From: a virus
IMG/VR virus record: IMGVR_UViG_3300037419_000842
DNA length: 64,000 nucleotides
Direction: 5' to 3' (one strand)
Position 1 is the first letter of the stretch; each line of letters opens with the position of its first letter. The translations under genes were made by a program, and so were the position numbers. The notes under the pieces are model-generated. The model saw nothing but the letters and a program-made list of their open reading frames with translations. It had not been told where the DNA came from and ran no database searches. Of the stretch, positions 48,705 to 57,549 are shown in pieces.

Positions 48705-49487
48705 TTGATTGTTAAGATGAATGGTGTATTTGACCGTATACTGTTTCCAGTGACAAGCGGATTCAGAGAAATTGACTCAGCACATCCTCATAACCATGTA
48801 GGCGTGGATATTGCGATGCCGACTGGAACGGATGTTCTCTCTCCTGATAATGGAGTGATTGAACATATTGTTCATCAAGGGCACGAAGGTCTGGGCGAAG
48901 GAATTATAATGAAACTCCAAGACGGCAAAGAACTTACATTTGGACATCTATCACAAATCGATGTAAAAGAAGGAGACATAATTTCCATTGGTCAGAAAAT
49001 TGCAGACAGTGGAAATACAGGACATTCAACAGGAAGCCATTTACACATCTCTCTGCAAGACACAAGTGGACATTACATTAATCCTTCACACTATGCTGAT
49101 ATGATGGCCCAACTAGATCAGCCGTCTAAGTGGGCACAATTCAAACACTTCTTTTCGTCTCCTGTTGATGGATGGATGAAGGAGATTGATTCAATAAAGG
49201 ATTTCTTTAGACCATTCAGAGATTTCTTTGTATGGTGCGGAAGAATATCATCAGATGTAAAAGAACACGGATTTCTTCCATGGCTTGGAGATCAGATTTT
49301 ATATACTTTCAAATTAGGATTTGAAGGAATATTATATTTTGACGAGTTACTATTTTTATTTCCAGCAATAGCCGCTATGGTAGCATATTTTGTAGTTGGC
49401 AAGAATAAGTATACAAGGTGGATAGTTCCGCTCTGGTTCTTTTATTTTGTAGCTGAAATAATGAAGGCCCAATTGAGCATCAAATAA
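48705..49487 (+). CDS. M23 peptidase with C-terminal membrane segments
   Basis: HVGVD (HxxxD), FGHL, GNTGHSTGSHLH. Confidence 0.85.
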   Translation: MIVKMNGVFDRILFPVTSGFREIDSAHPHNHVGVDIAMPTGTDVLSPDNGVIEHIVHQGHEGLGEGIIMKLQDGKELTFGHLSQIDVKEGDIISIGQKIADSGNTGHSTGSHLHISLQDTSGHYINPSHYADMMAQLDQPSKWAQFKHFFSSPVDGWMKEIDSIKDFFRPFRDFFVWCGRISSDVKEHGFLPWLGDQILYTFKLGFEGILYFDELLFLFPAIAAMVAYFVVGKNKYTRWIVPLWFFYFVAEIMKAQLSIK

Positions 49488-49503
49488 AAGGAGAGTGTTA
49501 CAA

Positions 49504-49656
49504 ATGGAATTCTTGTTGCTTGCAAAAATCAATGCCGCTTTTCAAATTGCTGAGAAAATTGCATACGGAATAATTGGATTGGTTGCCGCTAAAATTGTAG
49601 TCAAATCAATTAAAGATTATAAAGACAGCGTAGAGGAAGATCGTTACTCTAAATGA
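49504..49656 (+). CDS. 50-aa membrane peptide
   Basis: RBS GGAG; MEFLLLAKINAAFQIAEKIAYGIIGLVAAKIVV... Confidence 0.55.
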   Translation: MEFLLLAKINAAFQIAEKIAYGIIGLVAAKIVVKSIKDYKDSVEEDRYSK

Positions 49657-49671
49657 AAGTAGGTGACATAA

Positions 49672-52464
49672 ATGAATTTTTCCCTTCCTTTTACAAGGAG
49701 CAAGGCTGAAACAATTAACTGGAATAAGTTTTTTAATATATATAGGGAACCAGTCATCACGTATTGCATTACTCCGAACAATTCCCCAATGAAAGACAAA
49801 TTCTCTTCTTCTAAAAGGAAGGGAGGACGCAGATTCGCTGAACATCCATTCTTGGATGATATGGAGGATTTCTATGAAGACTCTTTAACATCTGATACTC
49901 TTCTTAACACCATCACTGGGTTATTCTCCAAATTTTATTTACCTGAAAGAATACGGCTCACAAGAGATGGTGTAAAAGTAAAGCTTAATGATGTTGTGTC
50001 TTATAAGATCGTTTTTCAGAATGGTACAATGAAATTTTACCTCACAGTTCCTGAGAAATGGGCAAAGAATTTCACCAATGCTATAAAGAAAGATTGGGGA
50101 AATGTTGATATCAACCAAATTTCCACGGACGTTGTAGACCTTAACCCCAAGCAGTGTAGAGCCTCTAGCATCGTGCTCAGACATCACCACTGCCTTTCTA
50201 TCAAGCTCCAGAACCCAAGGGAGGGTGTTAGGGACACCCTGTACTCATCGCTGTCCTCGCTTGGTTCTACGCTGTCTAAAGACGACAAGCTGATAGTTGA
50301 CTTAAATATTAAGCCTTTGGCTAATAGCTGGAAAGATGAAGCAATAAAAGAATATAGAAAGGCCAAGAGGGGAAAAGCTGTTCCACGAAAGGAAACTAGC
50401 TTTGGAACTATCGTTCAGGTTGTACTTGGATTTGCTGATTCCATATTGGGAGAAGTTGAAAACTTCTTTATGGATTTATTTAGTTCAAGTGACGATAAAA
50501 AGGATGATGGAAAGCAGGAGGATAGGAAATATTCCTATTCAGATGAAAAGCTTCATGCAAATGCCAATGGATTTCAAGTTCAGATAAAAGCCATTGCTGA
50601 ATCTGACGATTCTAGAAAGACCAAACATATATTGAAAGGAGTGCAGAACTGCTTCCAACAATTAGATGGAGATAATAAATTCGTTGTTAAACAAATAAGA
50701 ACAAAACGCGGAATTAAGAATACTGTTATCTCTGTAGTTAATAATAAGCCTCTTCCAATGTACGGGAAAGACATTTTCTGCGAAAAGGAGATGAATCAAC
50801 TTTTCAAGATTCCAAGCAAACAGACATTGAAAGAATTTAAGAAAATTATAGATCAGGACAATTTTACTAGAACTGAAATTTCTGAGGACTTCTTTAAAGA
50901 AGAAGTTGGAGCACTCCCATTTGCAACAAGTCTTGATAAAGAGCCTAGAACACTAAATTTCCCTAATTACGAAAGAGAAGATTGGTCTGTCAAAGGAAGA
51001 AAGGTGGATAAAAAGACCCAGCTTGATGACAGGTGTACTGAGACTTTAGTATTTGGTAAAAAAGGCTCAGGAAAAACGGAGATAAGTGTCAATCAAATAC
51101 TTGAAACTTTTCTTGCTGGATTCAGCACATCAATTGAAGAGTGGAAAAGAAAGTCCAAAAGTGTATTTGCTTTTGATGTTGCTGATGGAGAAATATTGAC
51201 AAAGGTATGGAATCGCATACCTTCATGTCTTCGTCATAGAGTGATCATTCTCAATCATGCTGTTCCAGAACGACCAATACCAATCAACTTTTCTGAACTT
51301 GAAGAGTTTAACAGAGTGACATTAAAAGACCCTGATTACTCGTACAGACTTGCAGAAATAGAGGCTGATTTAATAACAGAAATTCTTAAAGTTGATCAAA
51401 GTATGTCAGTCGAACGATGGTTTAAGTACGCACTTCAATCTGTGCATTATGCATCTCCTGATTGGGGAATTCCAGAAGCTATTAAAATGCTTGTTGATGA
51501 CGATTTTCGTATCAATGAAGTAATGCCGTTAATATCTGACGATCCTGAAATGCTTCTTGAAATGGAAGCATATAATGAGATGAGCGCTAACAAAGAGAAT
51601 GGCACTGTTGTTACTACTATTCAAAATAGATTACAACAAGTTAAGGCAGAGCGTAAGCTGTGGGATTGCATTGCACAAAAACCACTGAGAGACGCAGAAG
51701 GAAAGGCCGCTATCAACTTCAGAAAGTGGGCAGATGGAGATATTGATGGAGCTTATTTGGTACTAGTATATATTCCAAAAGATGCAAGCCAAAAGTTTAG
51801 AAAATTCTTATTTGCCCATTATTTCATTAAAATTTGGAGTGTAGCAATATCACGCGAAAAGGGATTTGCAGGACGCGAGTACAGACCTGAAACATTAGTC
51901 GTTATTGATGAAATACATCAAATAGTAGACGTACCAGTTGTTGCACGAATATTTATTGACTTGTTTAAAGAAGTAAGAAAATACTCTTTCAGGTTCTGGT
52001 TTACTTTGCACGGATGGTCTTCTCTTGCAAAAGCTGGAAGGGGATTAGAAGGAGATTTAAAACAATCTATACTTGATAATGGTGCTAATCTAATCATGCT
52101 TAAAGGTGGAGAGGATGCTTTTGATTCTCTTTCAAATTTTATGGGAGACATGACTATGCAAGATTATAATAATCTAATGAATATGCAATGGACTGGAATC
52201 TTCTCTATTTGGTGGGGAGGACAACATGTATTCCAAGCAAAGATGTTGCCTGAATCTTCAAAAAGATTTAGGGGTTATGACAAGTGGGATTTGTACGATC
52301 TATCTAATTATATAAGTCCTTATTCCAGAAGTAGAGAAGAAGTTCGTAGAGATAACCTTAATCGTGTTGCAAACCTTCTTAAGAATTCCATTAAGAATGG
52401 TACTGAATCTGGAACTATGTCTGAAGGACAAAGTTGGGAAGATATAGATGAAGAAAATATTTAA
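49672..52464 (+). CDS. Large P-loop ATPase, VirD4/TraG/HerA-FtsK superfamily
   Basis: Walker A GKKGSGKT, Walker B VVIDEIHQ, EVRKY. Confidence 0.7.
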   Translation: MNFSLPFTRSKAETINWNKFFNIYREPVITYCITPNNSPMKDKFSSSKRKGGRRFAEHPFLDDMEDFYEDSLTSDTLLNTITGLFSKFYLPERIRLTRDGVKVKLNDVVSYKIVFQNGTMKFYLTVPEKWAKNFTNAIKKDWGNVDINQISTDVVDLNPKQCRASSIVLRHHHCLSIKLQNPREGVRDTLYSSLSSLGSTLSKDDKLIVDLNIKPLANSWKDEAIKEYRKAKRGKAVPRKETSFGTIVQVVLGFADSILGEVENFFMDLFSSSDDKKDDGKQEDRKYSYSDEKLHANANGFQVQIKAIAESDDSRKTKHILKGVQNCFQQLDGDNKFVVKQIRTKRGIKNTVISVVNNKPLPMYGKDIFCEKEMNQLFKIPSKQTLKEFKKIIDQDNFTRTEISEDFFKEEVGALPFATSLDKEPRTLNFPNYEREDWSVKGRKVDKKTQLDDRCTETLVFGKKGSGKTEISVNQILETFLAGFSTSIEEWKRKSKSVFAFDVADGEILTKVWNRIPSCLRHRVIILNHAVPERPIPINFSELEEFNRVTLKDPDYSYRLAEIEADLITEILKVDQSMSVERWFKYALQSVHYASPDWGIPEAIKMLVDDDFRINEVMPLISDDPEMLLEMEAYNEMSANKENGTVVTTIQNRLQQVKAERKLWDCIAQKPLRDAEGKAAINFRKWADGDIDGAYLVLVYIPKDASQKFRKFLFAHYFIKIWSVAISREKGFAGREYRPETLVVIDEIHQIVDVPVVARIFIDLFKEVRKYSFRFWFTLHGWSSLAKAGRGLEGDLKQSILDNGANLIMLKGGEDAFDSLSNFMGDMTMQDYNNLMNMQWTGIFSIWWGGQHVFQAKMLPESSKRFRGYDKWDLYDLSNYISPYSRSREEVRRDNLNRVANLLKNSIKNGTESGTMSEGQSWEDIDEENI

Positions 52465-52478
52465 GGACGTGAGACATA

Positions 52479-53024
52479 TTAAATATGCTTCCATCTCTGA
52501 TTTGTTACAATAAAGGAGATGTTTTGTATTGAAACATTAAACATAATACCTAATTCTTTATACTTGTATTCTCCGCTTTTATATAATTCTCTAATTTTTA
52601 AAACATCTTCTTCATTTAATTTTGATTTAGCATTATCCTTTCCTTTCATCTTAATTAAACCTGTTTCAATTGCATGGCCTATATTTTCTTTTCCTGTACT
52701 CCATTCTAAATTGTCAATATTATTATTGGACTTGTTTCCATCTTTATGATTAACTTCTGGACTATTTTTATCATTTACAATAAATGCAAGAGCAACAAGT
52801 CTATGAACATAATACATTCTTGATTTTCTATTTAACTTTAAATTTACAGAAAGATATCCGTTTTTCCCTTTCTTTGGTTTTAAGATTGAACCTTTTTTAT
52901 TTTGTATTCTATTGTTGGCTCCAATAAACACTCTATCTAAACTTCTTACATGACCAAAATTACTTATCTCATAATAGTCGCCATATTCGACAATACCTTT
53001 TAAACTTTTCCAAATTTCTGTCAT
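52479..53024 (-). CDS. NUMOD4-HNH homing endonuclease
   Basis: EIWKSLKG...YEISNFGHVRS; VHRLVALAF...VNHKDGNKSNN...NLEW. Confidence 0.9.
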   Translation of the reverse strand: MTEIWKSLKGIVEYGDYYEISNFGHVRSLDRVFIGANNRIQNKKGSILKPKKGKNGYLSVNLKLNRKSRMYYVHRLVALAFIVNDKNSPEVNHKDGNKSNNNIDNLEWSTGKENIGHAIETGLIKMKGKDNAKSKLNEEDVLKIRELYKSGEYKYKELGIMFNVSIQNISFIVTNQRWKHI

Positions 53025-53106
53025 ATTTTTTATTCACCGCCATATCATAATATATATCATACTAAATTATATCATTTTTTATTACATTTGTCAAGGAGGG
53101 TGCGAT

Positions 53107-54000
53107 ATGCGCTCAGGATGGTATGAAAGAATCGAGTATCCACGTATCAATGAAGATTGGGTTAAACTTCATTGCAAAAATATCACAAGAAGGGAGCGTG
53201 AATTGCTTCGAATTATTAATTACAGAAAACTCGTTCGCCGTGACCATCTCGAAATACTCTCTCCTGATTACAGAACTATATCTATGCGAACAAATGTTCT
53301 TAATCGTTCAATTAAAAAATTATTTGAGAAAAGCTGTATAGACAAAGTACATGAGGAACCAGAATTTATGACAGGAAATTTACCTGCAATTGTTGCAGTT
53401 GACAGAGCAGGAGCTATAATTTTAGGAACAAATTTCAAGCAAAGAATTAAACATATCAAACGAATCATTAACAACGAGACAAAAATTTTTAGAGAGATAC
53501 CACCAAACTATCCACATTTGCATGGAATCAATAAGCTAGAAGTTGATACAACGCTATGGGCATTAGAAAGGGGCTATAAATTCAAATGGTATCTTGAACA
53601 AAATAACAAGAAAACCTTTTCTTATAATGGAGAAGATATTGGCCTGATACCTGATGTCTTCTTAATTCTCAACACAAATCCACGAATATTTTTATTTTTT
53701 CTAGAATACGATACTGGAACAGAGGATAACAGGAGGGCTAAAACATTTCCTACATTACTTGAAAAAATGGAGAAATACCAAAAATACAAAGCTATTGGAG
53801 CATGGAAAGATGAATGGTGGGCAAAGAAAATAAATGCTGGATTCCCATTAGTATTATTTATAACAGATGACGACAGGCGAATTGACTTCATAAAAGAAAG
53901 GGGGAGTAAAATAGGTTTGCATGTTGATGCTGTTTATTCTTCTAATTATATAAAAAAATTGGATAGTCTAACGACTATCCACAATACTCCTTCTCTGTAA
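53107..54000 (+). CDS. Replication-relaxation (Replic_Relax) family protein, putative relaxase
   Basis: N-terminal wHTH; HLHGIN, IPDVF, FLEYDTGTED, FPLVLFIT; downstream of the ATPase. Confidence 0.7.
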   Translation: MRSGWYERIEYPRINEDWVKLHCKNITRRERELLRIINYRKLVRRDHLEILSPDYRTISMRTNVLNRSIKKLFEKSCIDKVHEEPEFMTGNLPAIVAVDRAGAIILGTNFKQRIKHIKRIINNETKIFREIPPNYPHLHGINKLEVDTTLWALERGYKFKWYLEQNNKKTFSYNGEDIGLIPDVFLILNTNPRIFLFFLEYDTGTEDNRRAKTFPTLLEKMEKYQKYKAIGAWKDEWWAKKINAGFPLVLFITDDDRRIDFIKERGSKIGLHVDAVYSSNYIKKLDSLTTIHNTPSL

Positions 54001-54055
54001 ACAGGGGAACTGTTTAGTGATGGGGTAAGAGCAAGGAGAAAAGGCATTTGGGTGC

Positions 54056-54111
54056 CTCAAGGTTAGCAGGATGTGGGAGACATTGCTGTTTAAGCTTTTG
54101 CTAACCTTGAG
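54056..54111. repeat. 13-bp perfect inverted repeat
   Basis: CTCAAGGTTAGCA...TGCTAACCTTGAG with a 30-nt spacer. Confidence 0.75.
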
Positions 54112-54173
54112 AGCAATTTCATTTTATTCTATACATAACCGATATGCAATACGAAAAATATTCCATAAATGTA

Positions 54174-54202
54174 TTGACATGTCTTCCATTATGTCGTATA
54201 AT
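54174..54202 (+). promoter_or_regulatory. sigmaA-type promoter upstream of the recombinase-like gene
   Basis: TTGACA-17-TATAAT. Confidence 0.7.
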
Positions 54203-54230
54203 TAAGAAAAACACGACATGGGAGATGTTA

Positions 54231-54437
54231 CCAATGATTATTGATGGAGTAAAATGGGAGATAGAGATTTGCGATCATCCTTGGAATTTACCAAAAGAAG
54301 GAAGAGAAAATGTATTCTATATAGAGAGCGGATATATGGGATCAAGTTCAACAACGTATGTGTGGAGAGAACTTCAAGGTAAATTTATGTATATGCCAGT
54401 AATATTCAGAGGAGGAAAATGCCAATGCAACCACTAG
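54231..54437 (+). CDS. Hypothetical protein (start re-called)
   Basis: MIIDGVKWEIE downstream of the promoter and RBS GGGAG. Confidence 0.45.
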   Translation, partial: PMIIDGVKWEIEICDHPWNLPKEGRENVFYIESGYMGSSSTTYVWRELQGKFMYMPVIFRGGKCQCNH

Positions 54438-55471
54438 TAAAAAACAATGTAGTAATGCTACACAATGACTCTGTATTGGCTCATATCAGCAAGTTCCTAG
54501 ATAGATTGTCTGTTGACAGTGCAAGCACAAGCGTAGAGTATAAGCGTGATATTCAGAAGTTCTTCAAACTTATGCTAGGAAAGGAGCTTAATGAGCTTGA
54601 GGTTAGAGACTTAGATATTAAGAAGATTGACATTGAAGGATATCAAACGTTTCTTCTGGATTACGGATATAAGGCATCTTCCATCAATAGAATGATTGCT
54701 TCCGTCAAGAGTCTGTATAATTCTTTCGAAGAGAATGGTTTTAAATACAAAGACGATAACGGAGACAATATTTACATTAAATCCGCTCCACTAAATGTAG
54801 ATAAGCTCAGAACAAATGATAGTGATAGCTATGGAATGATTGAACATGAAGAAATGAAAGATATGATTCGTCGTGCTAAGTATATGCCAAATGGTGTAGA
54901 AAAATCTTTATTTCTTGAGTTTGCAAGTGTAACTAGTTTTCGTCTTGAAGCTATAACAAACCTTGATTGGAATGACTTTAGAAAAGAGAGTGATACATGG
55001 GTAGTCAAAACATTGGATGACAAAGGCAAAGTTCATGAAAAATCTATACGTACTGACCTGTATGAAAGGATGCTTGAAACAAAGAAAGATGATAAAGTGT
55101 TTCATATGACTTCACGTACTATTGAACGTGTTATTGAGACTCTTGTCAAAGATATGAACATTGATCCTGAACGAAATATTAAGTTCCATAGCATTAAGAA
55201 ATATGGTATCATGGAAGTTTGGATGGCTACTGGCGGCGACATCATAAAGACAGCGGAACAAGGAAATCACAGTTCTTTCGAAACAACTAAGAAATATTAC
55301 ATGATGTTTAAAAAGAATTATGCATCCATGCCAAGCTTATTAATTGGTCAGGAAGTTGATATTAATCCAATTAAGGAGATGAGTAAAGATGAATTAATCG
55401 CATTGATTGAAAGTTGTGATAGAGAGTTACAATTCTCTTTGTTAAATAAAATTAAGAAGACGGGCATATAA
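54419..55471 (+). CDS. Tyrosine recombinase-fold protein
   Basis: SAM-like N-domain; SFRLEA, KG, FHSIKK, GNH...TTKKYY. Confidence 0.8.
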   Translation: MPMQPLVKNNVVMLHNDSVLAHISKFLDRLSVDSASTSVEYKRDIQKFFKLMLGKELNELEVRDLDIKKIDIEGYQTFLLDYGYKASSINRMIASVKSLYNSFEENGFKYKDDNGDNIYIKSAPLNVDKLRTNDSDSYGMIEHEEMKDMIRRAKYMPNGVEKSLFLEFASVTSFRLEAITNLDWNDFRKESDTWVVKTLDDKGKVHEKSIRTDLYERMLETKKDDKVFHMTSRTIERVIETLVKDMNIDPERNIKFHSIKKYGIMEVWMATGGDIIKTAEQGNHSSFETTKKYYMMFKKNYASMPSLLIGQEVDINPIKEMSKDELIALIESCDRELQFSLLNKIKKTGI

Positions 55472-55565
55472 TTCCGGTTTACTTAATATTTATTTACACA
55501 AGTGGAATAATTTGGTAAATTGCTTCATATGATAATGTATAACGTTCAAAGGAGAGGTAAACAAA

Positions 55566-56807
55566 ATGAAAGAAACATTATTGGCTCTTCAAATCCTTCT
55601 TATATTTTTCTGGTCTTATTGGCTGATTATTGGAATGTTTGGGTTTGGAAAGACAAGAAAACTAAAAGAAAAGAAACCACAAAAAAGATTTGCATTATTG
55701 ATTCCTGCACATAATGAAGAGAATGTTATTGAAAATTTGCTAGACAATCTCTTGGAATTAGATTATCCGAAAGATATGTATGATATTGTTCTTATTGCAG
55801 ATAATTGTAACGATCAAACTGCTTCTATTGGCAGGAAAAAAGATGGAGTAATTATACTTGAGCACACGTATCTTGAAAGTGAACCAAAAGGAAAGCCGTA
55901 TGCAATCAAATATGCTCTTGATTACTTTGGAGATAATTTAACAAGCAAATACGATGCAATTGCTATATTTGATGCTGACAATCTTGTTACTCTTAATTAT
56001 CTCAAAGAAATGAATAATCATTTAGTTAATGGAGAACGTTTGATCCAATGCTATCTTGACTCTAAAAATCCTAATGACAACTGGATTACAACAGCTTATG
56101 CTACAGCTTATTACTACATGAATCGTTCATGGCAACTTTCTAAATCTCGTATTGGACTTGGAAATGCTATTGGTGGAACTGGATTTTGTGTGGATACAAA
56201 GCTTATACAAGAAATTGGATGGACTGCTCGCTCTCTTACAGAAGACTTGGAATTCACTATGCAAGCACTTTTGGCTGGCGTTCCTGCAACATGGGCGCAT
56301 CATGCAAAAGTATACGACGAAAAACCAACTGGATTTAAATTTTCTATGATACAACGTCTGAGATGGGCAAGAGGACACTGGGACGTTTGTACTAGGTATA
56401 GTCCAAAGCTTCTATATAAGTTCATTCGCCATGGCGATTTCAAATCTTTTGATGGATTCTTGTATTTGATAAATCCCGGCAAGGTTGTAATAGGAACTGG
56501 TGTTTCCTTGATGCTTTATATCAGCAGATTTACAGGTGATAATTGGGGCGGGTATTTAGTCCCATTCTGGATATGGTTGACATTGTTAGTATTTAATGTT
56601 TTATATGTAATGTACTGTATTTGGTCTGACTCTGAACAAAGAATGGATGTAATTCAAGCAGTGATTTGTATGGCTATATTTAATTACACCTACATCCCCC
56701 TGTTCGTATGGGGTTTCATAACACAGCGCAATAAGACGTGGAAAAGAACAGAGCACACTAGAAGCATTTCATTTGGGGATGAGGCAAAACAAACGTTGGG
56801 AGGGTAG
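55566..56807 (+). CDS. Processive GT2 glycosyltransferase
   Basis: IPAHNEE, ADNC, FDADN, TEDLE, QRLRW (QxxRW) and multiple TM helices. Confidence 0.9.
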   Translation: MKETLLALQILLIFFWSYWLIIGMFGFGKTRKLKEKKPQKRFALLIPAHNEENVIENLLDNLLELDYPKDMYDIVLIADNCNDQTASIGRKKDGVIILEHTYLESEPKGKPYAIKYALDYFGDNLTSKYDAIAIFDADNLVTLNYLKEMNNHLVNGERLIQCYLDSKNPNDNWITTAYATAYYYMNRSWQLSKSRIGLGNAIGGTGFCVDTKLIQEIGWTARSLTEDLEFTMQALLAGVPATWAHHAKVYDEKPTGFKFSMIQRLRWARGHWDVCTRYSPKLLYKFIRHGDFKSFDGFLYLINPGKVVIGTGVSLMLYISRFTGDNWGGYLVPFWIWLTLLVFNVLYVMYCIWSDSEQRMDVIQAVICMAIFNYTYIPLFVWGFITQRNKTWKRTEHTRSISFGDEAKQTLGG

Positions 56808-56851
56808 AAGTTAAAAATCAATTAGAAAATTTGTGGGAGGTTTTCTATTAA

Positions 56852-57373
56852 ATGAAAACAGTTAAAAAAGTAGCGGCTGTATCTGCAATTATGGCAACGG
56901 TAGCGGCATTTTACGTAGCTCCAGCCTTTGCAGACTCTGACGTAGAGGCAAGTGGGATATCAGATGTTTTATACGCTTATTTTCATCCTAACGATCATGC
57001 CAGCATTCATCATGGGAACTTTACAGTAGAAGATGCAAAAGAATGGAATTTCCTTATAAGCGTTGCTTGGAATTCCCCATTTAGCAATCACCTGCCGGGG
57101 ACACTGAGCGCTCCGCTTGGAATTGATACATCTGAATTCAAATACGACATTAACACAGATGAAGTCATTGGAACAAATGAAGGATACAATCAACCAATGG
57201 GATATGGAGATACATGTGAAAAACCTACTTTCTATACTAAAAAAGTAGATATTCCAACTCCATTATCATGTCCAGCACCTGACGATGACGATCATGACAA
57301 TGGTCACGGAAATGATGATGATCATGACGATGATAGCAACCCCGGACATGGCGGCGGCGGACATGGCGCATAA
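56852..57373 (+). CDS. Secreted protein with an Asp/His/Gly-rich tail
   Basis: Signal peptide ending AFA; C-terminal DDDDHDNGHGNDDDHDDDSNPGHGG. Confidence 0.7.
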   Translation: MKTVKKVAAVSAIMATVAAFYVAPAFADSDVEASGISDVLYAYFHPNDHASIHHGNFTVEDAKEWNFLISVAWNSPFSNHLPGTLSAPLGIDTSEFKYDINTDEVIGTNEGYNQPMGYGDTCEKPTFYTKKVDIPTPLSCPAPDDDDHDNGHGNDDDHDDDSNPGHGGGGHGA

Positions 57374-57388
57374 ATAATTTGTAGGAAT

Positions 57389-57422
57389 AAAAAAGCCACT
57401 CAATAAAATGAGTGGCTTTTTT
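57389..57422. terminator. Bidirectional terminator
   Basis: AAAAAAGCCACTCA-loop-TGAGTGGCTTTTTT. Confidence 0.7.
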
Positions 57423-57445
57423 AAAATTAATATGTGTCTAGTATA

Positions 57446-57532
57446 TCAGTAGAAATTGTATAGTTTGACCCTATTGCCCAAGTTGAAGGATAGCCCATAT
57501 TTAATCTCAAATTCCTTACCGAATAAACTCAT
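57446..57532 (-). pseudogene. Internal-deletion remnant of a paralog of the upstream beta-helix gene
   Basis: RBS, then MSLFGKEFEIK (compare MSLFSKDFEIK of the upstream gene); a protein-like C-terminus follows out of frame. Confidence 0.5.
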
Positions 57533-57549
57533 TTTATATCACTTCCTTG

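Noticed and set aside
54419-55471. Calling this the prophage integrase with an att site
   Set aside because: No att core or host-phage junction is visible in the window, and the catalytic motif is altered.
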